Source: Eledone cirrhosa (taxonomy: Eukaryota). From it: a stretch of 64,000 bases of DNA. Within the stretch, counting starts at the first letter, position 1, and every line of letters begins with the position of its first letter. Location: positions 157,852,001 through 157,916,000 of the forward strand of contig OZ024740.1 of NCBI GenBank assembly GCA_964016885.1. The letters run 5' to 3'. Shown in pieces: positions 50,245 through 63,450 of the stretch. A program made the translations under genes and the position numbers. Below the pieces are notes generated by a model. It was not told the origin of the DNA. It saw nothing but the letters and a program-made list of their open reading frames with translations, and made no database searches.

Positions 50245-50870
50245 TGTCGGATTCCACGCTTTGCAGCATAAAGTTACGTCCCTTTATGATCTGAGTTCAA
50301 ATCCCGCCGAGGTTAACTTTGCCTTTCATCCGTACGGGGTCGATAACATAAAGCACCAGTAACGTACTGGGGTCGATTTAATCGACTTTCCCCTCACCCC
50401 CCAAATTACTGGCCTTGTGCCTATACTAGAAATCATTATTATGGTGGATTGGGCGGTGGATTGGCAGTATCGATAGAGGGTCGGACGCCATGCTTTGCAG
50501 CAAAGAGTTACGGCCCTTTATGGTCTGAGTTCAAATCCCGCCGAGGTTAACTTTGCCTTTCATCCTTACGGGGATCGATAAAATAAAGTACCAGTAATGC
50601 ACTGGGTAATTGCTGGCCTTGTGCCAAAAGTAGAAACAATTATTAGGGTAGTAGATTGGCAGTATCGCTAGAGAGTCGGACACCATGCTTTGCAGCATAG
50701 AGTTACGGTCCTTTACGGTCTGAGTTCAAATCCCGCCGAGGTTACCTTTGCCTTTCATCCTTACGGGCTCGATAAAATAAAGAAGCAGTAATGCACTGGG
50801 GTCGATTTAATCATCTCTCCCCTCTCCTTAAAAAATTGTTGGCCTTGTGCCTAAAGTAAGAACAATTATT
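50245..50870 (+). mobile_element. Three head-to-tail tRNA-SINE copies
   Basis: Three B boxes GAGTTCAAATCCCGCCGAGG; units joined at ATTATT tails. Confidence 0.88.
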
Positions 50871-51004
50871 TAACTATTTATCACAACCAGCTTAGATGTT
50901 GGTTTGGGCCTGTTATTTTAGGGAATATCGTGCTGCAACAAGTAACCTAGAGTAATTCCAACTTTTTCATATCATTTCTTGTCATTTCACTACTGTTTGT
51001 AGTC

Positions 51005-51385
51005 CAGAACCTTTCTCAATATTCAGGTTATTTCTGGTAAGCATGTCCTTTGGAGCGGTTCAATCCCTGCTGCAAAGTTTAATTCCGATAGGTGGTTTTC
51101 AAGGTTCTTTGTCACCATACCAAGAGCACCAATCACTACTGGGATAATGGCGACTGTCTTCACTTCATTACTCCACCATTTCAACATCTCATATTTCAAG
51201 ATCTCATATTTTAAGATCTCATTTTTTAAACCGACTTTTTCTTTCTCTCTCTCTTCATTCAATTCTGGTGTCAAAAAGACACGCTACATCTATGAGGGTA
51301 CAGTTTCTTTCCTTCTTTTCAAGTACAACAATATCTGGTATGTTGTGTTCAATCTTCATCTCGGTCTGAATTGGGAAGTGCCATG
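51005..51385 (-). pseudogene. RLE endonuclease C-terminal fragment of an R4/Dong-like element
   Basis: RPDIV-like, EK..KY, IIPVVIGALG motifs. Confidence 0.7.
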
Positions 51386-51703
51386 AGTAAGTTCCTTCTT
51401 TCCTTACTTTCTATTTTTTTTATTTTCCATTTTCATTTCTCATTTTATTATTTTTGTTACTCTTTTTACCCCATTTTTACCTTTTATTTACCCCTTTTAC
51501 CTGTTATACTTTTTTTACTTTCTTTAATTTATATATTTTCTATCCTTTTATTTATGTTTTATCCTTCACCCTTTCTGTGGTCTTTAAATGTAAACCTACT
51601 GTTATTCTTTCAACTACTCCGCCCTCTAACCCATTAATAATTGCATATAAAAAGATCCCGGGACATCTGTCGACAGTTTAAATGTCTTTGCATATATAAA
51701 CTC

Positions 51704-51792
51704 GCATATCTGACGAGATGTCGAAAAGGAGTCGGGCCCCGTCATTTTTATTGTAACCCGAGCTGACCGATATCGTAACAATTGTAATATGC
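51704..51792 (+). ncRNA. Type I minimal hammerhead ribozyme-like motif (one core substitution)
   Basis: Stem I GCAUAU/AUAUGC; CUGACGA; stem II GAUGUCG/CGAUAUC; GUAA instead of GAAA; palindromic ACAAUUGU; GUA site. Confidence 0.7.
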
Positions 51793-51876
51793 CAATAAAA
51801 TGTGTACAAATGCTTCAACACTGACTTCGAATCTATTATATATATATAGAGAGAGAGAGAGCACAATACAGTACAA

Positions 51877-51932
<56 letters not shown>

Positions 51933-51933
<1 letters not shown>

Positions 51934-52205
51934 CAGTCAGCTCAAAAGGGACACAGAAGAGACTGAGGTTAGCTGGACATGCTCACCGACATCCAGTGTT
52001 GACATTGCACTCAGTGCTCCTGTGGGAGCCCCTACATGGACACACTAGAAGAGGGAGACCAAGGTTAACGTATGTTGATGCCCTAAGGACAGACACTGGT
52101 CTGTTGGAGACGCAGGACATGGAAGCGATAATGAGGGACAGAGACCGCTGGAGAGAACTCGTCCATGGATCTCGGGAATTTTACCCGCCCTAGAATAGAA
52201 TATAG
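51933..52205 (+). mobile_element. 3' fragment of RTE-clade LINE
   Basis: RLRLAGH..RH..VLLWEP.HG..RRGRP..TYVD.L..D..DR..WR; short (TAGAA) tail. Confidence 0.75.
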
Positions 52206-53197
52206 GTTTAACGCTTGATATAATCAGAAAATAGAATGAAAAATAAAGATGAAATAGAAATATAGAGGAGTGTGTTTCAGCTTACCATTTTCGTGAAGTG
52301 CTACTCAGAACGTATCTTAAATATTAGAGAGGTATTGAAAGCGAGATAATCCTTCTCTAATTGAGTGGACATGAGTGTGCGCGTGTGCGTGTGTGTGTAT
52401 TTGATTGTGCAAAGATGTGAGGGTATGTGTAAAGCAGTCGTCGCTGTTCTGATTGTAACGTTGTGAGTGTGCGTGCGAATATGAACTGATTAACGTAGGG
52501 AGTAACAGTAGTTGACTGTTTGTGTAGGTGCATAGTCATACTTTATTTATCCACCGCGAAAGAATGGGAGGCAAAGACGAAGTCGGCGGGATTTGAACTC
52601 AGGGCGCAGTTATCCGTGAGAAATGATGAGACATTTTTAATCTAAAGCCCTAATTACCTTACATAAGTGAATATATAGACACAAACGTGTAATTTTTGTG
52701 TGAAACTGGATGAACATGCGTGTATGTGAATGTATATTTAAATAACAGAGAGTGTGTGCATGGGTATGTGTGTGCATGGGTATGTGTGTGCGTGCATGTG
52801 TATGCGTGTGTGTGTGTGTGTGTGCGCCTTTTTTTTATACAAATCCTTATCATATTGTTATCAGCAAGTGGTTTTTTCGGACACAATTCAGAACACATAT
52901 GGAAACATCCCATTGGCTAGTTCGACTGCCCCTCTGTGTGAAGAGACACACGTGCAAAAGACGCTAGCTTTCTTAATCAAATATTTTTCTCTTATCTTTG
53001 TCCCTTTTTACACGAGATGATGTCATAGTATGTTAATATAGGGATATAGTTACATAGTGTGTTTCGGTTGTAGTGTGTTGTACTCATAGTGTTTGTTGTA
53101 AAATGTCACGTTAGATATCGAACACAAAACACCGAATGGAACTGAACTATATTTTGACACGTTTTACGTGTACTGATATAACAGTGTTGTAATATGG

Positions 53198-53530
53198 TGA
53201 AGACACGTGACTTGCTTGTTAGAGTTTTCGGCTTACGATCGGAAGATCTTGAGTTCGTTTACCAGTGGTGAGTTGTGTCTTTGAACAAGATACTGTAGTT
53301 CATGCTGTTCCTGTCCAGCCAGCTGAAAAGAAAAAAAAAAAGAGTTGTACCTCTAATTCAAACAGCCAACCTTTTCACACATTGTGTCACGTTGAATTTT
53401 CCTCTGAATTTAGTTAAAGGTAGACATGTTTGTGGAATATTCAGCCACTTGCACGTTAATTTTACGAGCCGTTGTTCCGTAAATTAAATAACTGGAACAC
53501 TCGGTGTCGGAACCGATGGAGGTTCAACCA
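53198..53530 (+). mobile_element. Old SINE (tRNA head, conserved core and tail)
   Basis: GTTGTGTCTTTGAACAAGA core; tail CAGCCACTTGCACGTTAATTT also at 62000-62085. Confidence 0.6.
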
Positions 53531-54309
53531 AATAGTGGTAATATAGTGGTGTAATGCTGTAGAAAATGTGTTTGCTGGCTGAAGACTTCAACGACGAAGA
53601 TTAAACACAAAACGCCGAAACTCACCGAGTTGCTTTTCTGTGCTTTTATTTTTTATTTATTTTATTTTTTATGTATTTATTTTAATCTGTTTTGTCTGAA
53701 GAAAGAAAAAGTGCCTATGGTCATAGAAGAGCCTCTTGTATCTTGGGTGTCTTAAAAACTTTGAGGGTCATGGGTATTACTCCACGATCTATACCTAACC
53801 GGTAGAAAAATTGATGTAAAAATAATTTATTTAGTTATGTCAATCAATACATTGTTACTCATTGTCAGAATCGATAGGTGTCGATACGTGACACTTAACA
53901 TACACGTCAACATTTATGATATTGATATAATGCAATATACACAACCAAAAGCTCCAACTCTCACCCACTCACATACACTCATGAGATACGAACTTTTTAC
54001 AGTTTAACACTTCAACAATTATAACAACAATTGTGGTTATAATTGTTGCTGTTGCTGTTGTTTAAATCAAGCGAAGCTCCGATTGAGCCAGCCCATGCAT
54101 GATCAAAGGTACTCTGGCTGTCACTATCCTTATTTCATTTTATTTTTTTAAGCATAGTTAATTTGCTAAAACGTTAGCATATGTACTTCCTTTGTTATTT
54201 AATAACATTATAGTGGTTTCGAGAAATATTTGGCTGCTGTTTCTAGCATGTCGAACCCCACCACCACCACCTGTAGATGTTCTCTCATTGACTCAGTTGC
54301 TTTGTATAT

Positions 54310-55100
54310 AATGGTTTCTGATTTAGGCACAAGATCTGCAATTTCAAGGGAGAAAAAAGTCGATTAAATCGACCCAGTACTTGACTGTTACTTTATTTTG
54401 TCAAATAATGGTTTCAAATTTTTACATAAAGCCATCAGTTAATGCAGGGGAGTCGATTATACCGGTCCTGGTACTTAACTGGCATTTTATTTCTTCGATC
54501 TCGGAAGGATGAAAGGCAAAGATAACCTCAACGGGATTTGAACTTAGAACGTAAAGACTCAGAACAAATACTGCTAAGCATTTGTCCGACGTTCTGACAA
54601 CTCTACCAAGCCACCAACCGAATTACTTTGTAAATAATTGCCACAGTAAATGTCAGCTCTATTTTTACTACTTGTGATACAATAGAAGTAAACACTTTCC
54701 GAGTCACTGTGTAAACTCCAACTGTTAAGCTCTTTGTTCAGTGTAATACTCTAAGTCCAAACATATTTAGAACACTTGAAGGTTATAAATAGCTTAAAGA
54801 AAAATATAATAATTGTTTCTACTTTAGGCACAAGGCCAGCAATTACCCAGTGCATTACTGGTACTTTATTTTATCGACCCGGTAAGGATGAAAGGCAAAG
54901 TCAACCTCGGCGGGATTTGAACTCAGATCGTAAAGGGACGTAACTATGCTGGAAGGCTTCTGATTTAAGCACAAGGCTAGAGAATATGAGGGAAAGGAAA
55001 GTCAATTTCATCGATCCCAATACTTGACTGATATTTTATTTTATCGACCCCGAAAAGATGAAAGGCAAAGTTGAACACAACGGAATTTAGACACAAATTG
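54310..55100 (-). mobile_element. Cluster of tRNA-SINE copies and fragments
   Basis: Several reverse-complement tail/core units at about 54310, 54410, 54810 and 54958. Confidence 0.75.
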
Positions 55101-55772
55101 CAAAAGAAGAAAAAAAAAAATTAACGAACATATACCGCAAGGTAGATTGTCTATATTCTAATGACTTTGTCAATTAACCGCCATTGCTTTTGTTTAGCAA
55201 CTTATCAAAAGCGTTCCAGCCGTAACCATGCCATCTTATTGTCAAAAGTGTTCCGATCATGTCCGTCCCATCATATTCTCAGTCATAGTATATTTAAGAC
55301 TACATTATTAAACGCCCTTATTTTCTTTTTAAGTGAGATTCGAGGAGAATTTTATTCATATTTCAAGCTATATCAAGAACAGTCTTGAATGTGTGTATGT
55401 AACCACGTGACTACAACGTGCATATACAAAGACAAATCGCATACAACATCTTTAAAAAAATGTTATATTGGATAATGTGGTTCTGCCCAAATGAAAAAGA
55501 CGGACTTGCTACTGCTGGGATCTCTTTGCCATATGATTCTACTTTATCGACCTCGTAAGGATGGAAGGAAAAGTTAACCTCGGTGGGATTTGAACTCAGA
55601 CAACAAAGGGCCGTAATTCCATGCCAGTCCACCACCAATTACGCAAATAATGGTTACTACATAACTGAATACTACTGCGAGAAGTTACCAGTTCTAATAT
55701 TACATTCTTATTTGAGCATTCTCCAAAGGATTCCGCAAGGATACCATTAAGATATGAAAGTCACGGATTGCT

Positions 55773-55964
<192 letters not shown>

Positions 55965-56104
55965 AATCTACATATAGTGTATTTTGCAATGCACTGTATT
56001 CTTAATTAAAAGCATTTCGAAGACCTTACGCTATTGTTTTAGAGTAGTGACAGTCTCACTTACTTTAAATTTTCAGCAAACAGGGGAGATAAAATGTGTG
56101 TGCA

Positions 56105-56167
<63 letters not shown>

Positions 56168-56269
56168 GAGATTAATATCCCCACAGGTACGAAGTACCCC
56201 TGGAAATATATAGGGTCTCTATGATACAGTGGTGTTCTATGGTATTAATTTGACATACCACAACTATAA

Positions 56270-56777
56270 AATTGAGATAAGCGGAGCAAGTAAGATTCAA
56301 ACAATTTTTTAAAATAAATTAAAAAATATAATTTAAATATTTACCTATTCCATTTGCTTTTACCGACGGTTTCACCTTACAAAAGATTGGAGATCCTAAG
56401 GACCTCCAATGGAAATGTTCGGATCATGAGAGAGCATTTTCCTTACCCAGGACAAAAGTCCCAGGAACGGCAAAATATATTGCCACCTGCCAGCTAGCAC
56501 GGGATCGAATGAGGCCGTAAACTTGACCTGTGCATGAACCAGCCCTTAGTAGAAGCAGGAAGTAAACATAGACGTGTTGTCCATCACGCCACTAAAAATA
56601 ACAGCTAATTAAAACAACGGATTTGTTCTCTACATAACGGAGAAAATATAAAGGAGATAATCTTTTGTAAGGTGAAACCGTCTGTAAAAGAAAATGGAAT
56701 AGGTAAATATTTAAATTATATATTTAAATTTATTTTAAAAATTTGTTTGAATCTTACTTGCTCCGCTTATCTCAATT
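56270..56777. repeat. ~118-bp inverted repeat pair with ~270-bp spacer (Penelope pLTR-like)
   Basis: 56270-56388 vs 56659-56777 are reverse complements with a few mismatches. Confidence 0.88.
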
Positions 56778-57084
56778 ATATATATATATGTGCGTGTGTG
56801 TGTGTGTGTGCGCGCGCACGTGTGTGTGTGTGTGTGTGTGTGCGCGTGTGTGTAGATAAACATTTAGAAAGCAGTAACTATGCAAAAACACCGGAGGCTA
56901 TTGACCCCTGGTGGTATCAAGCAGAAGCAAGGGGGACAATCGTCGTTGCATTTCGAACTTACAATACATATCTGTATACAGCTATGCTTGAAGCTAAATC
57001 CTAATTCTATATATATATAAAAATAAAATTTGAATTTTATTTCTCGCCCTAACACAGCTGATACATAGATGTAAGTATGTACAC

Positions 57085-57158
<74 letters not shown>

Positions 57159-57271
57159 TCACACACATATATACATATACATACGTACATATGGGTTATA
57201 TCGAACACTAATATTAATTTTCGATTCGTTTGTAAACAAACGGCCCGATTTGAAGCTATATATATATATAT

Positions 57272-58195
57272 GGAAACCCGGGAAATCGACTGACGCTTGC
57301 TCCCTCAGAAACTGCCCGATGCGCCATACGAACTGTTGCCTACGCACATACGTCCTGTATAAGGTAGAATGTAACAAGTGCAACCACTACTATATAGGTA
57401 GCACAATCCGGCCGCTACACATCCGGATCAAGGAGCACATCAACACCAGGGCCTCGTCTTTCCGGAAACACATAACCAAATGCGGAAAAAAAGACGGAAG
57501 GCCCATTGTCACAGTGCTAGCGACGGATCGAAACGTCGGCACATTACGAATCAAGGAAGCACTTTGGATCAAACGCTTAGAGCCACAAATAAATAACCGA
57601 TCTGAGAGAAGCGAAATGAGGTGGTTGGTTTAAACAAACGAGGCAACAACACACGCACACACACACAAGCGAGATAGCAACACACGCACACACACACACA
57701 GTAACATTCACCAAACAGGCAGGGAATACTACCACCACCACACGAATACACTATTCAACACTGCTAATACAGAAACCAGCACAGGCAGATAATACAATGG
57801 ATTGACAGCTAACACCACCCCACTCCCACAATTAAAAGAACTATTTCGGCCGCCGACCTCTGCTTGACCGATCCCATTTCACGCGCGCGCGCTCTGCTGA
57901 ATACCTCAGATATTCAAATCAACGAACAGCGGAGGACACGTATCGCTCCTATACGACAGATACCCCCCCCCCCCCCCCCCCGGAAAACCCCCCAGTTGAT
58001 GGATGTGAATCCGAAATATAGGGACATTAAATTTCTCCCAAGGTAACTCTATCTCGTGTTATTATTTTTATTTTTTACGCTTTTTCCTACGTTCTTCTCT
58101 GCATTCACTTACATCTCTCTCTTCACCACCGGATCTTGTTACCCGGAGAATTACCCATCTGCATTGTTGAGGCTTCCAAAACGACCTAAAAAAAA
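57272..58195 (+). mobile_element. 5'-truncated Penelope-like element: GIY-YIG domain + 3'UTR, in (TA)n
   Basis: VLYKVECNKCNHYYIGST.RPL..RIKEH ... IKEALWIK..P.IN; (TA)n on both sides. Confidence 0.85.
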
Positions 58196-58198
58196 TAT

Positions 58199-58334
<136 letters not shown>

Positions 58335-58657
58335 TGTCTTTGTGTGTGTCTTTGTGTGTGTCTTTGTGTGTGTCTTTGTGTGTGCGTGTGTGTGTATGTA
58401 TAAATATAAATGATATGAAATGATTTGGAGTGGTGAGTGTGGAAACATGTAAAATCGTAGGAACTGAAACACGGCAATAGCTGTAAAACAGCCAGCTGCT
58501 ACGATGATCATAATAAAGAGTCGGTTTAAACATAACATCTTATGAACGGGAAAATGATTAGAGCAGAAGAGAACGTAAAAGAAAGAGAGAACGAAAGAAT
58601 AGAGTGTATAGCATCTCTCATCATATGGTATACGTTTGAGGTTCTTAGAATGTTATG

Positions 58658-58768
<111 letters not shown>

Positions 58769-59779
58769 GAGCGTCAATCGCTCCGTTTAATCAGCTCTTA
58801 AGTATTCTTGGAATTCTATAAGAATCCAACTTCTATACATCTCGACAGAAACAAGGGAGTGTGTGGTCTTGATAAATGCTAACAAGCGAGAAACAGACTG
58901 TCGATCACTCTCCTTTGTTTTTTGCCGAGAATAAATAAGTGACATAGTCACTACTTTAAAACTCATAGCGAATGGTCATCAAAATGTTTTCAATTAAACA
59001 TACAGTATATTGCCAAATATACTATACATATGCATGGTTATAAGAGGCTTAGCTCTGTTTCTCGACCGTTATATCGCGTGACTATCTCCCCCTCCGCCTT
59101 TTGGGATTCTTTCTCACGTCGTGTAGACGCGTTCTTGAGACTAGTAAAATGAGGTATCCTCTTGATAAGTCGGCAGACCTCGCAAGGACTCTATATCTTT
59201 GATATATTGTTTTTGTTTATGCCACGAAACTACGTAGTCGAGGAACTTAGGAACAGTTTAGGTATGATACATTTTATTACTAATTATATCTAAATGTTTC
59301 TTCTCTCTTCATAATATATATATATATATATATATATGTGCGGAATGTAAACGAAAAAATACAACAGACTATGAAGTACACTGAAGGTATATATTAATTT
59401 CAATCTTAATAGAGTAGGAAAACATTCGGACGCTGGTCCTTCATCAGAAAATAGAATAAGAAAGTAAAGAAGAAATAGAAAGATAGAGAAGATTTAGCAA
59501 AATATTTCTTCAAGAAAAAGTCTGTGTGAATGTGTGTCTGCAGGCACGCGCGCGTGTCTGTGTTTTCTTTTTGCCTGTATAAAGTTGTGAGGATATGTGC
59601 GTGTACGTGTGGGTTTGTATGTGTGTATGTGCCTGGAGTCAGCTGATGGATGGACGAGGTTAATATGTAATATCCTTGTCTTTCAGCATAGGTAAGTATG
59701 ACAAACTAGCTAACCTATTAGGAGATAATCTGTATTTGGCTGTTACTCGCCAAAATATACAAATAAACTAATAGAATAT

Positions 59780-59998
59780 AATTGTTTCTGATTTAGGCAC
59801 AAGGCCAACAATTTTAGGGGAAAGGGAAAGTCTATTGTATCGACCCCAGTGAATTACTGGTACTCTATTTTATCGACCCCGTGAGGGTGAAAAGTAATGA
59901 TTACTTCGGTGGGATTTGGACTCAGAACGTAAAGGGCCATACCTCTATGCCGCTAAGCACGTTGTCCGACGCTCTACCGATTCTGCCCATCCACCTCC
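59780..59998 (-). mobile_element. tRNA-derived SINE (main family)
   Basis: Reverse complement of consensus. Confidence 0.8.
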
Positions 59999-60496
59999 CT
60001 CACTAATACAATATAATAAAAAAGATATGTTTAAAAAAATGTACAACTCGACTGGTGCCAAGTTCCCTTACTCTCTTTCTCTCCCAATCTCTCTCACTTC
60101 TCTCAATCTATCAATTTCTAACTATATCTAGTTTTATATTTTTTCACTTTCTCTCTCTTATCTCTCCAACTATCTCTTACTCTCTTCCTCCTTCTCTCTC
60201 TCTCACTCCCTCTCTCCTTCACTTCTAACAGATCTCTATTAATCTATTTATTATTTACTAACTATATATCTATCTTTCTATCTGTTGTCTATCTGATTTC
60301 TTCCCCTTTCACTCTCTTTGTCACCCTGTCTCTCAGTCTTTTATCTTTCCCCACACCTCTTACTCTCTCTCCCTCTATATCTCTCTTTCAAACTTTCACA
60401 CTATATATCTATCTAAGTATCTAAGTATATGTTTCTCTCTACTCCACTGTGTGTTTACTGAGCTATTCATAACTTACCCATATTGGTAAGTTTAGC

Positions 60497-60596
60497 ATGG
60501 CTAAAAAGAACGAGGATGACCACAATGCATTGGAAGAGGAGGCTCTTGACAGGAATGTACCCATTGACCGTGGTTATGCATGGGTTATCTTAACCG
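60497..60596 (+). CDS. First coding exon of a monocarboxylate transporter (SLC16/MCT, MFS) family gene
   Basis: ATG at 60497 gives MAKKNEDDHNALEEEALDRNVPIDRGYAWVILT(G), matching the pre-TM1 PD(G/R)G(W/Y)(G/A)W MCT signature; phase-1 donor G|GTAAGT at 60597. Confidence 0.8.
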
Positions 60597-60684
60597 GTAA
60601 GTAAGAAGGGGTTACCCAACAGATTCTTTTTATGCGTTATATGTATAAATATGTGTATGTAAATATATATATATATTTCTTATG

Positions 60685-60734
60685 ACAGGCTGAATGAGTT
60701 GGGCTCCAGAACCCAACGAAACTTGAGTATCTGT
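60685..60734 (+). ncRNA. Minimal type I hammerhead ribozyme candidate (intronic, sense strand)
   Basis: ACAGG-CUGAAUGA-GUUGGG-(8 nt)-CCCAAC-GAAA-CUUGAG-UA-UCUGU. Confidence 0.72.
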
Positions 60735-60749
60735 TTATATCACTGTTGC

Positions 60750-60801
<52 letters not shown>

Positions 60802-61330
60802 CGGAATACAAGAAACAGACAACGCAGGAGTACATGTTACAAATAGTATTAGTTTCACGCTTAATATATATATTTCCATTTTCACGTATATTCACTTATA
60901 TATTATGAAATACTGTTGGCTTCACGCTCACAACAATTTCTATACTTTCATTTACATATATATAAATGAGTGTGTGTATTTGTGTGTGCGTGTGTGTGTA
61001 TAAGTATGTGTGTGTATATGAGTATGTGTGTATGTATGTATGCATCACTTGATATATGACATTTTTGGAGTGCATGGTATTGCTGGCCATAGACAAGTCC
61101 CTAGCAGGACTAAAAAGCCATATCTGTGATTTTCATGCTTAAGTATCAAGCGATGGCATTACTCGAAATCGAGTTGCAGCCATTATCATGTATGTATGCA
61201 TGTATGTATGCATGTATGTATGTATGTATGTATGTATGTATGTATGTATGTATGTATGTATGTATGTATGTATGTATGTATGTACGTATGTATGTATGTA
61301 TGTACGTATATATGCTGTATGTGTATATAT

Positions 61331-61722
61331 CAGGGTTGCAGGTGTTATATCAGAGTTTTCCTTCTCCTAGAATTCTGCCTTCACAAACCTGATGGTATCC
61401 AATGATGTTGACTTGTTCTTCTTTTTGGTAAATATCATCTTGGTTAAGAGAGTGGGACTGGCTTTGTGCAGTGCCTTTGCTCACTATAAAAGCTTCATGG
61501 CACAGGCATTGCTTTATATCTGGAGATCTCTCTGCACTTGTCGTCACATGGTACCATGGGCCCAGCACTATGTGTCAATAATTGTCACTAGTGTAGTGTT
61601 TGTACCAGAGTTTTCAAGTCGCTGGCTGGACTAAAAAGTCACACTCGTTCAGCGCATCGGTAGGGGTTCTCCTACATGGATATAAAGTAGTGGCCGTACT
61701 CGAAAATGAGTTGGCAGCCACC
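61331..61722 (+). mobile_element. 607-bp RTE-derived element copy 4, 5'-truncated with inverted 5' segment
   Basis: 61331-61381 is the reverse complement of the consensus segment just upstream of the forward part, which starts at about 61388. Confidence 0.85.
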
Positions 61723-61949
61723 ATGTGTATATATATATACGTGTATGTATGTGTATATATATGTGTATGTATGTATATATATATATATATGTGTGTATGT
61801 TTGTGTGTATATATATATATAATAACTAACAAAAAGTTATTGCTCTACATGGCTGAATACAATAAATGTAATCCTGGTGAAGGGTAATCACCCAGAAACA
61901 TTAGTATCTGCAGTTCTGTTTATATACCAACACAAGAGCAAGAAACCAC

Positions 61950-62090
61950 GTTTACTTTCCCTGTGAACGACGTTAATGATACACGTGTCTGTGAAGTGGT
62001 CAGCCAATTGCACGTTAATTTCACAATTAAGCTGTTCCGTTGATCACAGCAACTTGAACACTCGTCGTGAATCGATGGAGGTCCAACATG
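61950..62090 (+). mobile_element. Old SINE 3' fragment
   Basis: Homologous to 53390-53530. Confidence 0.55.
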
Positions 62091-62206
62091 TATACACTAA
62101 GATATACAGACACACACACCCATATGTATATCTGTATGTGTCTGTGTGTGTGCATCTATCTGTGTGTGTGCGTGTGTGTGTGTGTGTGCATGTGTGTGTG
62201 TATGTA

Positions 62207-62238
<32 letters not shown>

Positions 62239-62481
62239 TGTGTGTGTGTGTGTGTCTGTGTGTGTGTGTGTTATTTTTATCTTAAATATTTGTTTCATAG
62301 ATTTGTATTTGTTTTATTATATACACGTCAGTGTGTATATATATATACAAAGATATATACAAACACGGAAACGCTGCTTATAAACCCACCATTACCAAGA
62401 GGTTAAATCGGATTGACCAATTTGCATATACAATACATTTTTGTCATTCGTGCGCATAAGTATGAATGTGTATTTTTGTGT

Positions 62482-62560
<79 letters not shown>

Positions 62561-62595
62561 AAAATGAGTTTTGTTTTTAAAGAAAAAAATGAATG

Positions 62596-62896
62596 TATAA
62601 GGAAAAGGAATTAAAATGCAACTGAAGTCTTTTAAGAATATTTATTTACTTACTGGTTTCACAGTTCATATGATTTTCAAAAGTAACATTAAGATGGAGG
62701 GTTTGTGTTTCTGTTGTGGTTAGTCTCGTGAGACAAAAGACAACAGAAACACAGATGCGAGACAAACCACAACAGAAACACAAACCCTCCATCTCAATTT
62801 TACTTTTGAAAATGATAACAACTGTGAAACCGGTAAAGTAAATAAATAAATTTTCTTAAGAGACTCCAGTTGCTTTTTCAATTTCTTTTCCTCATA
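62596..62896. repeat. Diverged ~135-bp-arm foldback near (TA)n
   Basis: 62596-62728 vs 62758-62896 are reverse complements; inner part nearly perfect. Confidence 0.88.
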
Positions 62897-63129
62897 TATA
62901 TATATATTCGTGTATATATGTAGTTATGTGTGTATTTTTATATATAAATATATATGTATATATATACAAGTTAATATAAATTAATATATTTGATAAACAC
63001 AAATACCAACATATCCGTGTTTGTATTGTAAATGACTAAGTTAGCTAGCTACACGGCTCAGAAATACTTCTTTCTTTGAGCTATTTCATTGTAAAGGACT
63101 GCCTGAGTTTTGAACTCATTATTAATAGT

Positions 63130-63450
<321 letters not shown>

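Noticed and set aside
53575-53635. CUGAAGA...GAAACUCACCGAGUU hammerhead-like string
   Set aside because: Stems I and II cannot be paired
58160-58190. Hammerhead remnant at the end of the Penelope 3'UTR (UUGUUGAGG..CCAAAAC)
   Set aside because: Position is plausible but there are too many core mismatches to call
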